A stretch of DNA of 64,000 nt from the human T2T-CHM13v2.0 reference genome, Homo sapiens. Positions 13,528 through 32,119 of the stretch are shown one piece after another; the stretch's first letter is position 1, and the number at the start of each line of letters is the position of its first letter. The stretch is from the NCBI RefSeq assembly GCF_009914755.1, contig NC_060948.1; one strand, 5' to 3'. The notes below the pieces were generated by a model. The model saw only the letters and a program-made list of their open reading frames with translations. It was not told where the DNA came from and made no database searches. The position numbers and the translations under genes are program-made.

Positions 13528-14380
13528 GGGCGAAGGATATGAACAGACACTTCTCAAAAGAAGATATTTATGCAGCCAAAAAACACATGAAAAAATGCTC
13601 ATCATCACTGGCCATCAGAGAAATACAAATCGAAACCACAATGAGATACCACATGAAACCAGTTAGAATGGAGATCATTAAAAAGTCAGGAAACAACAGG
13701 CACTGGAGAGGATGTGGAGAAATAGGAACACTTTTACACTGTTGGTGGGACTGTAAATTAGTTCAACCATTGTGGAAGTTGGTGTGGTGATTCCTCGGGG
13801 ACCTAGAGCTAGAAATACCATTTGACCCAGCCATCTCATTACTGCATATATACCCAAAGGATTATAAATCATGCTGCTATAAAGACACATGCACACGTAT
13901 GTTTATTGTGGCACTATTCACAATAGCAAAGACTTGGAACCAACCCAAATGTCCAACAATGATAGACTGGATAAAGAAATGTGGCACATATACACCATGG
14001 AATACTATGCAGCCATCAAAAATGAAGAGTTCATGTCCTTTGTAGGGACATGGATGAAGCTGGAAACCATCATTCTCAGCAAACTATCACAAGGACAAAA
14101 AACCAAACACCACATGTTCTCACTCATAGGTGGGAACTGAACAATAAGAACACATGGACACAGTAAGAGGAACATCACACACCAGGGACTGTTGTGGGGT
14201 GGAGGGAGGGGGTAAGGATAGCACCAGGAGATATACCCAATGCTAAATAATGAGTTAATGGGTGCAGCACACCAACATGGCACATGTATACATATGTAAT
14301 AAGCCTGCATGTTGTGCACATGTACCCTAAAACTTAAAGTATAATAATAATAAAAATAAAAATAAAAATAAATTTAAAAA
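13528..14380 (+). mobile_element. 5'-truncated L1PA (about PA4-5)
   Basis: ORF2 C-terminal peptide [20 protein letters not shown], 3'UTR, A tail; TSD AAGGACACAGGTATT at 13513-13527 and 14381-14395. Confidence 0.95.
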
Positions 14381-15853
14381 AAGGACACAGGTATTAATTA
14401 TTATACTCCATTAAACTCCTATTCATTGTATCTAGGATTTAATCTTTTGCTTAATTTTACCAGGAGATATGAAGAACTCATAGGAAAGCAGAAAATGTAT
14501 CTGTAGAAAAAAAAAAGGATATAAGAAAATAAATTAATCCACAAGTATTTAGTCAACGTGGACGCTGATTAATTTGGGAGAGTTATAAAACATAACCCAC
14601 AGCCTCCAAGAATTAAAATATTGCAGCTTACTTTTTTTAAACATTCATATTGTATTTTTATTGTCTCTAACATATACCAGATATGACCACATAAGTAACA
14701 TAAAACTGAGATTTCTATACGTATCAATTAACATTGAAGACTAACAAGCTTTACTGATGATAGAATCCATTTTTTTCTTCAACTTTTAAACACAAAGTAT
14801 CCAAATAATTGCATAATTTAATCTCAAACATTAAGATTAAACTTCACATTATCAAGATGAAATTAATTAATTATGTGAAGTACTGTTTCTGTATTAATAT
14901 ATGTGATAAGGCTATTCCTATCCCTCAGCAGGAATTTTCACTTAGAAGTAGAAAATTATTTTCGTTTAAACCTTGAAAAGATGAACTCTGCCCTCATTCT
15001 TATCGAAAGATAATATTGCTATGAAGATAGAGATTCTTCTTGCCTATGCAAAATATAACCAAATAGAAATTACTATAGAAAGTCATATGACATAGTTAAA
15101 AAGTTCACGTTTCATACAAAGGAAATTTGAATCTTCATCTCCCATTATCTTTGCATCCAAGGCTGACCTCAGGGCTGGGCTGGCTACCTATAACTTTGGT
15201 TCTGTCAAAAGATAGGGATTATCATTGAAACCAAATGGATTTAAAGATCCAAGAACTGTGGAAATGGGACTCAAAGGAATTCCAGCTCTGTGTGAACTAC
15301 ACGTATTCAAGCTAATGTGAACTGCAATTTTCATAATGTTGGATACACAGTATTTCAAAATTACCCAAGGCAAGTGTCCAGACAGAAGTTCTGGCTAATT
15401 TTAACCGGTTATGCAAGAAAGAAAATGGAAATAGGTCAAGAATTTCTGAAGACAGAAGGAGAAAAAAAAGCTCTGTTGATTTTTACAGTCAACTGTGTGT
15501 GTCCTAGAAAAACTCGAGCATACTGGTCCTTGTAGCTCCTCAGCAAAGTAATTTTATATAAGGATAATTTTGATGATACAGATACTGCATACATTCAGCA
15601 AACACTTACTGAGCCCCTGCTACCAATCTATGTCCTGTCTCTACATAATTGTTGGTGGTAGGGTCCATGTTTTTTGGAGGGATTAACATTGTACTTCTCT
15701 GAGGTCATATATTCCAAGAGAGGCTTTTGACCAAATGCTGTTCAATCAAAGCTAACCATGAGTGGTTCCATTCCTTCTGCCATGTGTGGGTTGAGCATAG
15801 GCATACAACACCACTTTGTCTAAAGGCACATAAGGTTAGATTTTCTGGGGTGC

Positions 15854-16210
15854 TATATTAGTCTGCTCTCATGCTTCTAATAAATACATGCCTGAGACTG
15901 GGTAATTTATAAAGGAAAGAAGTTTAATGAACCCAGCTCTACATGGCTGGGAAGGCCTTGCAATCATGGCAGAAGGTGAAGGGGAAGGAAGATGTATCTT
16001 ACATGGTGGCAGGCAAGGGGGTATGAGAAGGGGAGCTGGTTTTTTTAGAAAACCATCTGATTTTATAAGACTTATTCGCTATAAAAAGAACAGCAGGGGA
16101 AAAACCCACACCCATGATTCAATCATCTCCCACCAGGTCCCTCTCACAACACATGGAGATAATTACAATTCAAGGTGAGATTTGGGTAGGGATACAGCTA
16201 AACCATATCA
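15854..16210 (-). mobile_element. THE1 solo LTR
   Basis: TATATTAGTCTG..AAACCATATCA; 5-bp TSD GGTGC on both sides. Confidence 0.9.
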
Positions 16211-16239
16211 GGTGCTATTAGGAAATGTTTCTTCTCCCA

Positions 16240-16385
16240 CCTGGGCATGGCGGCTTACACCTGCAGCCCCATCACTTTGGGAGGATCATTTGAACCAAAG
16301 AGGCAGAGGTTGCAGGAGCCAAGATGGGGCTGCTGCACTCCAGCTTGGGTAAAAGAATAAGACTCTGTCTCAAAAGAAAAAAAAA
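16240..16385 (+). mobile_element. Monomeric/collapsed Alu
   Basis: Left-arm start joined directly to right-arm end and A tail. Confidence 0.7.
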
Positions 16386-16609
16386 GTACCTCTCTCTTTC
16401 TTGCCAGCTGCAGACACTATCAGGCTGGTTGGGACACCTGGCCTCTATCTAAAGAGCATCAGTGGAGTCAGCATGTAGGCAGAGTTAACATTAAGAGCCA
16501 GAGTCTCATCAGCCCATGCCTAGCACCTTCTTATCATGTGCATCCCTATTGTGTGAATTCATTAAGTTGACACTTTATGTCAGTTTCAGCTACAATTGAT
16601 GGAAAAAAT

Positions 16610-18670
16610 CCAAATCATCCCAAACATAATCTAAACAGAACCAATGACAACAACCACCTCATTATCTCAATAGTTGCAGAAAAGGCTTTCAATAAAATTC
16701 AACACCCCTTCATGCTAAAAACTCTCAAAAAACATAGGTATCAATGCAATCTATCTCAAAATAATAAGAGTTAGTTATGACAAACTCACAGCCAATATCA
16801 TACTAAATGGGCAAAAGCTTAAAGCATTCCCTTTGAAAACAAGCACAAAGACAAGGATGCCTGGTCTCACCACTCCTGTTCAAAATAGTATTGGAAGTTC
16901 TGGCCAGGGCAATCAGGCAAGAGAAAGAAATAAAGCGTATTCAGATAGGAAGAGAGGAAGTCAAATTGTCTCTCTTTGCAGATGAGATAATTGTTTATGT
17001 AGAAAACCCCATCGCCTCAGCCCTTTAAGCTGATAAACAACTTCAGCAAAGTTTCCTTAATCTCCTTAAGCTGATAAGCAACTTCAGCAAAGTTGCAGGA
17101 TACCAAATCAATGTGGAAAAATCATAGGCATTGCTATACTCCAATAATAGACTTCTTTAAATTTCATATGGAGCCAAAAAAAGAGCCTGTGTGGCCAGGA
17201 AAATACTAAGCAAAATGAACAAAGCTGGAGGCATCACACTAACTGACTTCAAACTATACTACAAGTTTACAGTAACCAAAACAGCATGGTACTTGTACCA
17301 AAAGAGAGATATAGACTATAGACCAATGGAACAGAACAGAGGCCTCAGAAATAATACCACACATCTACAACCATCTGATCTTTGATAAACCTGACAAAAA
17401 CAAGAAATGGGGAAAGGATTCCCTAATTAATAAATGCTGCTGGGAAAACTGGCTAACCAAATATAGAAAGCTGAAACTGGATCCGTTCTTTACACCTTAT
17501 ACAAAATTTAATTCAAGATGGATTACAGACTTATATGTTAGACCTAAAACCATAAAAACTCTGAAGAAAACCTAAGCAATACCATTCAGGATCTAGGCAT
17601 GGGCAAGGACTTCCTGACTAAAACAAAAAAGCAATAGCAACTGAAGCCAAACTAGACAAATGGGATCTAATTAAACTAAAGAGCTTCTGCACAGCAAAAG
17701 AAACTACCATCAGAGGGAACAGGAAACCTACAGAATGGGAGAAAAATTTTGCAATCTACCCAAATGACAAAGGGCTAATATCCAGAATCTACAAAGAACT
17801 TAAACAAATTTACGAGAAAAAAATCAAACAACCCCATCAAAAAGTGGGCAAATGGTATGAACAGGCACTTCTCAAAAGAAGACATTTATGCCAACAGACA
17901 CATGAAAAAATTTTCATCATCACTGGTCATCAGAGAAATGCAAATCAAAACAACAGTGAGATATCATCTTACATCAGGTAGAATGGAGATCATTAAAAAG
18001 TCAGGAAACAACAGGTGCTGGAGAGGATGTGGAGAAATAGGAATGCTTTTACACTGTTGGTGGGACTGTAAACTAGTTCAACCATTGTGGAAGACAGTGT
18101 GGCAATTCCTCAAGGATCTAAAGCTAGAAATACCATTTGACCCAGCTATCCCATTACTGGGTATATACCCAAAGGATTATAAATCATGCTACTATAAATA
18201 CACATGCACATGTATGTTTATTGCAGCAGTATTCACAATAGCAAAGACTTGGAACCAACCCAAATGTCTGTCAGTGATAGGCTGGATTAAGAAAATGTGG
18301 CACTTATATACCACGAAATACTATACAGCCATAAAAAAAGGATAACTTTATGTCCTTTATAGAAACATGGATGCAGCTGGAAATCATCATTCTGAGCAAA
18401 CTATCACAAGGACGGAAATCCATACACCGCATGTTCTCACTCGTAGGTGGGAATTGAACAATAAGAACACTTGGACACAGGGCAGGGAACATCACACAAC
18501 AGGGCCTGTCATGGTGTTGGGGAGGGATAGCATTAGGAGAAATACCTAATGTAAATGACGAGTTAATGGGTGCAGCAAACCAACTCGGCACATGTATACA
18601 TATATAATGAACCTGCACGTTTTGCACATGTACCCTAGAACTTAAAGTATAATAATAATAAAAAAAAAAG
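16610..18670 (+). mobile_element. 5'-truncated L1PA (about PA6-8) with internal duplication and deletion
   Basis: ORF2 RT and C-terminal fragments ([14 protein letters not shown]; [11 protein letters not shown]..), 3'UTR and A tail. Confidence 0.93.
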
Positions 18671-18832
18671 AATAGTGGACTTTTCTGTAATCTATGGCAG
18701 TCAGCCTTCTTGCACGTTTTTTCTTAGTATGATTTAGTAACAGTTTTCAATTCAAAGGTGTAAGTGGATGTTTTCTGCCAAATATACATGTATTTATACT
18801 AAATATGTGTAATTACTATGTATTAATTATTA

Positions 18833-19669
18833 TAGTTTACCCTGGAACAATGCGGGGGTTAGAAGCACTAACCCCTGCACCATTGAAAATCTACCTACAA
18901 CTATGGATTCTCCCAAAACTTAAATACAAACAACCTACTCATATGTTTCATATATATATAAAATCTCTTTGACCACCTATACATATATGTATATGTCTAT
19001 TTCATAACAAAATATTTTAATGTTATAAATATAAATAAAATAAACTTTAGATATATAGCTATATAAGTATTAACACTTACATACATATATTTCATAATAT
19101 ATAGTTATATTTATGTTATATCTAAATATTATATTACATATAATATTTATATATTAATATATACATTATATATTGATGTACATTATAAATTGTTGATTTA
19201 TTATGAATTAGAAATTATTTATTTATTATATTGTTAAATTTATAATTTATAATATACAGAAATATTAATTTGTACTTTATAAATGTATACGTTATATAAT
19301 CCTTGAACAACATGTTTTCAGGAAGCATTTTTGAATGTCAGAACTGGAAAGAAAACTTGGTCAAAAATCTCACTGATACTATAAACAGTACATTAATACA
19401 TATCATGTATGTTTACATGTATTATATATGGTATTCTTATAATAAAGCAAGCTAGAGAAAAGAAAATGCTTTTAGGAAAATAATAAGGAGGAGGAAACAT
19501 ATTCACTATTCATTAAGTGGAAGTGGGTCATCATTAATGTCTCCATTCTCATCATCTTCACATTGAGGAGGCAAAGGAAAAGGAGGGAGAGGAAGGGTTG
19601 ATTTTGCTGTGTCAGGTGGCCGAGGTGGAGGAAAATCCTCATATATCTGTGTCGTTCAAGGGTCAACTG
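18833..19669. mobile_element. Tigger2a/MER28 interrupted by AT-rich tract (about 18925-19365)
   Basis: Inverted termini TAGTTTACCCTGGAACAA / TCGTTCAAGGGTCAACTG, flanking TA. Confidence 0.82.
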
Positions 19670-19697
19670 TAAATTAATTATAGAAATATATGTACTT

Positions 19698-20019
<322 letters not shown>

Positions 20020-20277
20020 TTATAAAGCTTCATCTAATTATGTTTAAATGTTTTATTTATATCCATAAAATTAATAGATTGTGTTATAATATAGACATCC
20101 ATATATGTATATGTGATCAAATAAATTATAAGTATTTTAAATAATTGTTTAATGTTATATATTTATACTTATATAGAAAATATACATTTATATTTACATA
20201 TATACACACACATACTTTCATGGATTATATTCTTCTAATCATTGTGTTTTTCCTCTATGTTTTGAAATACATACTAA

Positions 20278-20836
<559 letters not shown>

Positions 20837-21132
20837 TATCTAGGTTTTAGTGGAATTATTTTTTTCTATACATGTATATTTTGTTCTGCATTATACAAGG
20901 TATCTCTCACCTAATGCGTTAATTTGTCATGAATTAAGGCATATGCAGTCTCCATTCTAAAATTCAACTCATCTTTTTTTTACCTTCATCATCAGCAACT
21001 GCATCATTATTTTCTGAGTATTCTGATATTTTTATACCAAGTCCCTAAAGGGTACCAATTCAGTTTTCTGAATTATTTTTGTTTCTTTCATATGACCAGC
21101 ATTCCTTCCAGAAGTATTCTTGTATAGAGCAC

Positions 21133-21493
21133 GATATTAGTCCATTTTCATATTGCTATGAATAAATACCCAAGACTGAGCAATTTATAAAGAAAAAGAG
21201 GTTTAGTGGGCTAACTGTTCCACATGGCCAGGGAGGACTCAGAATCATGGCAGAAAGTGAAGGAGGAGCAAAGGTATGTTTTACATGGTGACAGGTAAGA
21301 TGGTGTGTGCAGGGGAACTGCCCTTTAGAAAACCATCAGATCTTATGAGACTTACTATCATGAGACCAGCACAGGAAAAAACCTGGCTTCATGATCCCAT
21401 TACCTCCCACCATGTTCCTCCCACAACACATGAGAATTATGAGAGCAACAATTCAAGATGACATTTGCATGGGGATACAGCCAAACTATATCA
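21133..21493 (-). mobile_element. THE1 solo LTR
   Basis: TATTAGTCCATTTTC..CAGCCAAACTATATCA. Confidence 0.88.
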
Positions 21494-21638
21494 CAGTCAT
21501 CACATAACTAATTGCATGTTAGAAAAAGACTCTATTTGATGTTTCAGAGGGCCCTGTGCAAACAAGGATAAGATGCTTTGCTTAATAAATGAATGAAAAA
21601 AAAAAGACTGCATCCAACCAGATAAGGACATAACCAAG

Positions 21639-21993
21639 TGAGAGGTGAAGCCAGCTAGACTTCCTGGGTCGAGTGGGGACTTGGGGAAATTTTCTGTCTT
21701 ACAAGAGGATTGTAAAATGCACTAACTAGCACTCTGTAGCTAGGATTTTTTGTAAAATGCACCAATCAGTGCTTTGTAGCAAGCAAGGGGATTTTAAAAT
21801 GCACCCATCAGCACTCTGTAAAAATGCACCAATCAGCACCCTGTAGCCAGCAAGATGTTTGAAAAATGCATCAACCAGTGCACTGTAAAATGCACCAATC
21901 AGTGCTCTGTAAAACACACCAATCAGCACTACACAAAATGCACCAATCAGCAGGAGTCTAAAAGTAGCCAGTTGTGGGGAGGATTGAAAAAGG
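21639..21993 (+). mobile_element. LTR12-family (ERV9; LTR12F-like) 5' part, truncated
   Basis: TGAGAGGTGAAGCCAGCT start; tandem AAATGCACCAATCAGC (CCAAT) repeats. Confidence 0.85.
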
Positions 21994-22401
21994 AGGACAT
22001 GGATGAAATTGGAAATCATCATTCTCAGTAAACCATCTCAAGAACAAAAAACCAAAAACCGTATACTCTCACTCATAGGTGGGAATTGAACAATGAGAAC
22101 ACATGGACACAGGAAGGGGAACATCACACTCTGGGGACTGTAGTGGGGTGGGGAGAGGGGGTACGGATAGCTTTAGGAGATATACCTAATGCTAAATGAC
22201 GAGTTAATGGGTGTAGCACACCAGCATAGCACATGTATACATATGTAACTAACCTGAACATTGTGCACATGTACCCTAAAATTTAAAGTATAATAATAAT
22301 AAAATATAAAAAAATACAGAAAAGTAGATCATATTTTCCCACCAGGGACAATATTGTCACCAATGAGACAAAAATTGGTTCTTGAGGAGTGAAAAAAAAA
22401 A
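21994..22401 (+). mobile_element. Short L1PA3-like 3' end with probable 3' transduction
   Basis: L1 3'UTR 21994-22290, A-rich tail, about 77 bp non-L1, second A run, AAAAAGG on both flanks. Confidence 0.85.
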
Positions 22402-23320
22402 GGGCACTCTGCAGACAGTGGGCGCATGACAGTGAGTGCGGTGCACAATGCACGAGCCGAAGCAGGGCGAGGCATTGCCTCACTCGGGAAGTGCAAGGGG
22501 TCAGGGAGTTCTCTTTCCTAGTCAAAGAAAAGTGTGACAGACGGAACCTGGAAAATCAGGTCACTCCCACCCCAATACTGCACTTTTCTGATGGGCTTAA
22601 AAAACAGTGCACCAGGAGATTATATCCCGTACCTTGCTCGGAGGGTCACACGCCCACAGAATTTTGCTCATTTCTAGCACAGCAGTCTGAGATCCAACTG
22701 CAAGGTAGCAGCGAGGCTGAGGGAGGGGCGCCCACAATTCCCCAGGCTTGCTTAGGTAAACAAAGCAGCCGAGAAGCTCGAACTGGGTGGAGCCCACGAC
22801 AGCTCAAGGAGGCCTGCCTGCCTCTGTAGGCTCCACCTCTGGGGGCAGGGCACAGACAAACAAAAAGACAGCAGTAACCTCTGCAGACTTAAATGTCCCT
22901 GTCTGACAGCTTTGAAGAGAGCAGTGTTTCTCCCAGTGCACAGCTGGAGATCTGAGAACGGGCAGACTGCCTTCTCAAGTTGGTCTCTGACCCCTGACCC
23001 CCAAGCAGCCTAACTGGGAGGCACCCCAAAGTAGGGGCTGACTGACATCTCACACAGCCAGATACTCCTCTGAGACAAAACTTACAGAGGAACGATCAGA
23101 TAGCGGCATTCACGGTTCACAAAATCCGCTGTTCTGCAGCCACTGCTGCTGGTACCCAGGCAAACAGGGTCTGGAGTGGACCTCCAGCAAACTCCAACAG
23201 ACCTGCAGCTAAGGGTCCTGTCTGTTAGAAGCAAAACTAACAAACAGAAAGGACACCCACACCAAAAACCCATCTGTACATCACCATCATCAAAGACCAA
23301 AAGTAGATAAAACGACAAAG

Positions 23321-24337
23321 ATGGGAAAAAAACAGAGCAGAAAAATTGGAAACTCTAAAAAGCAGAGAGCCTCTCCTCCTCCAAAGGAATGCAGTTCCTC
23401 ACCAGCAACAGAACTAAGCTGGATGGAGAATGACTTTGATGAGTTGAGAGAAGAAGGCTTCAGACGATCAAACTACTCCGAGCTACAGAAGGAAATTCAA
23501 ACCAAAGGCAAAGAAGTTGAAAACTTTGAAAAAAAATTTAGACGAATGTATAACTAAAATAACCAATACAGAGGAGTGCTTAAAGGAGCTGATGGAGCTG
23601 AAAGCCAAGGCTCAAGAACTACATGAAGAATGCAGAAGCCTCATGAGCTGATGTGATCAACTGGAAGAAAGGGTATCAGTGATGGAAGATGAAATGAATG
23701 AAATGAAGCGAGAAGGGAAGTTTAGAGAAAAAAGAATAAAAAGAAATGAACAAAGCCTCCAAGAAATATGGGACAATGTGAAAAGACCAAGTCTACGTCT
23801 GATTGGTGTACCTGAAAGTGACAGGGAGAATGGAACCAAGTTGGAAAACACTCTGGAGGATATTATCCTGGAGAACTTCCCCAATGTAGCAAGGCAGGCC
23901 AACGTTCAGATACAGGAAATACAGAGAATGCCACAAAGATACTCATCAAGAAGAGCAACTCCAAGACACATAATTGTCAGATTCACCAAAGTTGAAATGA
24001 AGGAAAAAATGTAAAGGGCAGCCAGAGAGAAAGGTCGGGTAACCCCAAAGGGAAGCCTATCAGACTAACAGCGGATCTCTTGGCAGAAACTGTACAAGCC
24101 AGTAGAGAGTGGGGGCCAATATTCAACATTCTTCAAGAAAAGAACTTTCAACCCAGAATTTCATATCCAGCCAAACTAAGCTTCATAAGTGAAGGAGAAA
24201 TAAAACACTTTACAGACAAGCAAAAGCTGAGAGATTTTGTCACCACCAGGCCTGCCCTAAAACAGCTCATGAAGGAAATACTAAACATGGAAAGGAACAA
24301 CCGGTACCAGCCACTGGAAAATCATGCCAAATTGTAA
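23321..24337 (+). pseudogene. L1 ORF1p, disrupted
   Basis: MGKKQSRK..; fragments 23679-24014 (RRATPRHIIVRFTK) and 24080-24337; frameshift and stops. Confidence 0.95.
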
Positions 24338-24400
24338 AGATCATCGAGGCTAGGAAGAAACTGCATCAACTAATGAGCAAAATAACCAGCTAACATCATA

Positions 24401-28221
<3,821 letters not shown>

Positions 28222-28473
28222 ACAATGAGAACACATGGACACAGGAAGGGGAACATCACAGGCTGGGGACAGTTGTGGGATGGGGGCGGGGGGAGGGATA
28301 GCTTTAGGAGATATACCTAATGCTAAATGGTGAGTTAATGGGTGCAGCACACCAGCATCCACATGTATACATATGTAACTAATGTGCACATTGTGCACAT
28401 GTACCCTAAAATTTAAAGTATAATAAAATAAAATAAAATAAAAACTTTAAAGTCACAAATGTAAAAAAAAAAA

Positions 28474-28650
28474 GGTGGAAGACTGGAGGAGGGTGAGGAT
28501 GAAAAAACTATCTGTTGGGTACTGTGCTCACTACCTCGGTGACAAAATTATCCATACATGAAACCCCTGCAACATGTAATTTGTGTATATGAAAAACCCA
28601 CACATGTAACCCTGAATCTAAGATAAAAGTTGGAAAAAAAAGAAAAAATA
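28474..28650 (+). mobile_element. Old L1PB/L1PA15-16-like 3' terminus
   Basis: GAGGGTGAGGATGAAAAAACTATC..GGTGACAAAAT..CATGTAACCCTGAATCTAAGATAAAAG + A tail. Confidence 0.75.
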
Positions 28651-29124
28651 GAAGAGGGTGGAAAGAGGCCTGTAATTTAAATAGGGTATGACATCTTTAA
28701 GATGGAGGCAGAGGTGAAGAGGAGAAAGAAAATACAGATTAAGGATGGATATTGATGATCAATCCAAAAGGCCTTATTTTTTGTCATTCCTGGTGGAAAC
28801 ACCCAACTACAAGAACGGTGGTCCACTTCTCGCCTACCTTAAAGAAAGAAACTCCCAAATGAAATGTTCTGCCCTCTTTCCCAAGACTAGTCTTACGTCT
28901 TCTAATTCCTGAGAATACCATTGACATTGAATATCTTCCATAAGCATCTGTAAATAAGTTGTAAATAAGCTCTTTCCAGACTCCTAATATCTTTTCTTAC
29001 ATTCGTTTTTTATTTGTTCTTATTTTTGTTAGCTATTTATTTCTTTTTTAAACCACACAAGCAGCAAAAATGGACCTCTAGTTTCTTTCTTTCTTCTTTT
29101 TTTTCACATTTCTTTCCTTTCTTT

Positions 29125-29296
29125 TCATTTAACTTTTATTTTAAGTATAGGAGTACAAGTGCAGGTTTGTTACATAGATAAACTAGTATCATGGGGGATC
29201 CCGTACATATTATTTTGTCACCTTGATAATAAGCCTAGTTCTTATTAGTTGTGTTTCCTGATCCTCTCCCTCCTCCCACCCTCCACCCTCTGAAAT
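29125..29296 (-). mobile_element. Older L1PA 3' terminus
   Basis: AACTTTTATTTTAAG..GTGCAGGTTTGTTACATAG..CCTCCCACCCTCCACCCT. Confidence 0.75.
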
Positions 29297-30027
29297 GTTT
29301 TTATATCCAGTATCCCTGAGTCATTTGCAAGACGTCATACTCCACTAACTTGGCTTCTTAGCTTACATAGTTCCAGAAAAAGTGTGCTCAATTAATGTTA
29401 TAGGGGCATTTTTTGCCAACCATAGTAATAAACTAATGAAGATTCAAACATTTAAGAAGTCATTAAAAACCTGAGAAGATTAATTGTGCTCAGATTTTCT
29501 CTTAAGCTATGCTATTGTTTTGGGAGATACATTTTATTTTTCTTTTCATTTCCTTAAGTTGTAATAAAACAATCTTACTTGTGGTTAAGAGGATCGATTC
29601 CAAACCAATGTTAGCTCCTTTCGACACACTTAAATAATCAAATCTTTCTTCACATTTACTCATGGAAAATTACATAATCTGTTTTTCATGTCAAAATGCT
29701 GCATCGATTACTTGAAAGGATGCTTACAAATGCCAATAACTAAGTACTCCACTCTAAGATTAAAGAATAAGTAATCTTCTAAAAGTGCTAGTTCAGCATT
29801 TGGACATCAATTTACTTTTGAGGAAGCAATGTACTGGGTTATTGCATCTGAGGTTGCAGAGACTTCAGGAATTGTAATAGACTCCTCATTTAATAACGCA
29901 GCTGCAAAGATCTTCAATGTCACCTTGTCAAGCATAATATACTTTCATAAGAGTAGAGTCTAACAAGACATCTTTGCTGTGGGAAAAATTCAGAAGCCAG
30001 TAAAAATATAAAAGATACATGCTGTCT

Positions 30028-30675
<648 letters not shown>

Positions 30676-31586
30676 AATATTTTTGAATGAAAAAAATAGT
30701 CAAATCATAAGAATTTTCAAATCCCCAAGATTGATTCAATGCTAGAGGCTAAGAATTTGTACTGCTTCACTCGTGGGATTCTTCCTGCTTCACCCTACAG
30801 CAAAATTGCTGCAGGACTCCATTTTGTCAGTAAAATAAATAGAGTTTATGGAGCATAAAAATTATGCCAAGTCAACGTTGGCTCTTTTGAAACATCAATA
30901 ACTCAGCCATGAATGCAACTTCTCCCCTACTCATCACACACTTCTGAAATATTTGCCTTCTTGAAATATTTATAAAAACAATGGTATTGAAGTGGATATG
31001 TGCATCTTTCTCAAGGCAGCAAACTAAAAAAGTTTATTCTGCTCATTCACAGCTGTTCCAGCCACAAAGCATGTGGGTGTAGGCGTTACTGAAAGAAGCC
31101 ATTCCCTGAAATCTGAGACTGTGGTTTTAATTCACCTGGCAGTCGCCAGACCCTGCTGGCCCCTACCAGCACACAGTACAAGGATTAATGACGCCATAAC
31201 CCTCACACACTGCATCACCCACAAAAATCCTGCATCTAAAAATGGTCTTTAGGTTTTGTCCACTATTTTTCTTGGAAAGCCAGAACTGCAGTTCTATATT
31301 ATAACCCATTTCTGATTTCATCAAGTTCAAAGCAGACACAATAATAATGAGGAAATTGTCAGAACTTTTGGAGGTTCAGAAATCTGGGATTTTTAAAATC
31401 TTTCTTTGTACTTAATCTTTCCAACTATTTAAAACCATTTGTATCAAAATACGTGAAAGGGTTATTGCAATTTATCACTTGCCTTTCTAAATATGAAAGC
31501 CAGGCTGGGATAGAAGTCTGTTTAGAAACAAATTTAATTAACAACAAAAATATCCATGCAAGAGTGTGGGGCACTCACAGTGTAAG

Positions 31587-31620
31587 GGGGGTGTGTGTGT
31601 GTGTGTGTTTGTGTGTGTGT
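31587..31620. repeat. (TG)n microsatellite
   Basis: Direct reading. Confidence 0.9.
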
Positions 31621-32119
31621 TAATCAAAAACTGATGTAAATATAATGGGACAATGGTTCACTTCCTAATTCCTCCCTGAAAGATAAATTATAGGCTCCTG
31701 ATGTCTCTTCCTTTGGATCTAAACACAAGCAGGGGTGTGGGGGCAAGGAATTAAAGAGGATAAAATAACAGAAAGATGTGCAAACTAAAAGCTCATTATG
31801 TACTGCCATCAACTTCAAAGTTGATAGTTTGAATTCCAATCATACTACACGGTTCTTAGTAGAACTTTATTCACTACCTCCAAATCACAGAGAAATGAGA
31901 TGGGCTCTGTCTTCCTCATCTCATGTTTTCTTACTTGCTTTTTCTTTTTTCTCTTTTTCTTTCTCTCTGTTTCTCTCTCTCTCTCACACACGCCCCAAAA
32001 AAATAGAGTTTGTTTTGATAAAATCATAAAATCCAAGATTGAAAGGAACATCTAAAGTCTCCATTTCATGCATTCCAACTAAGACAATGTAGGTGCAAGG
32101 GTTGATCAAGTTCATATGA

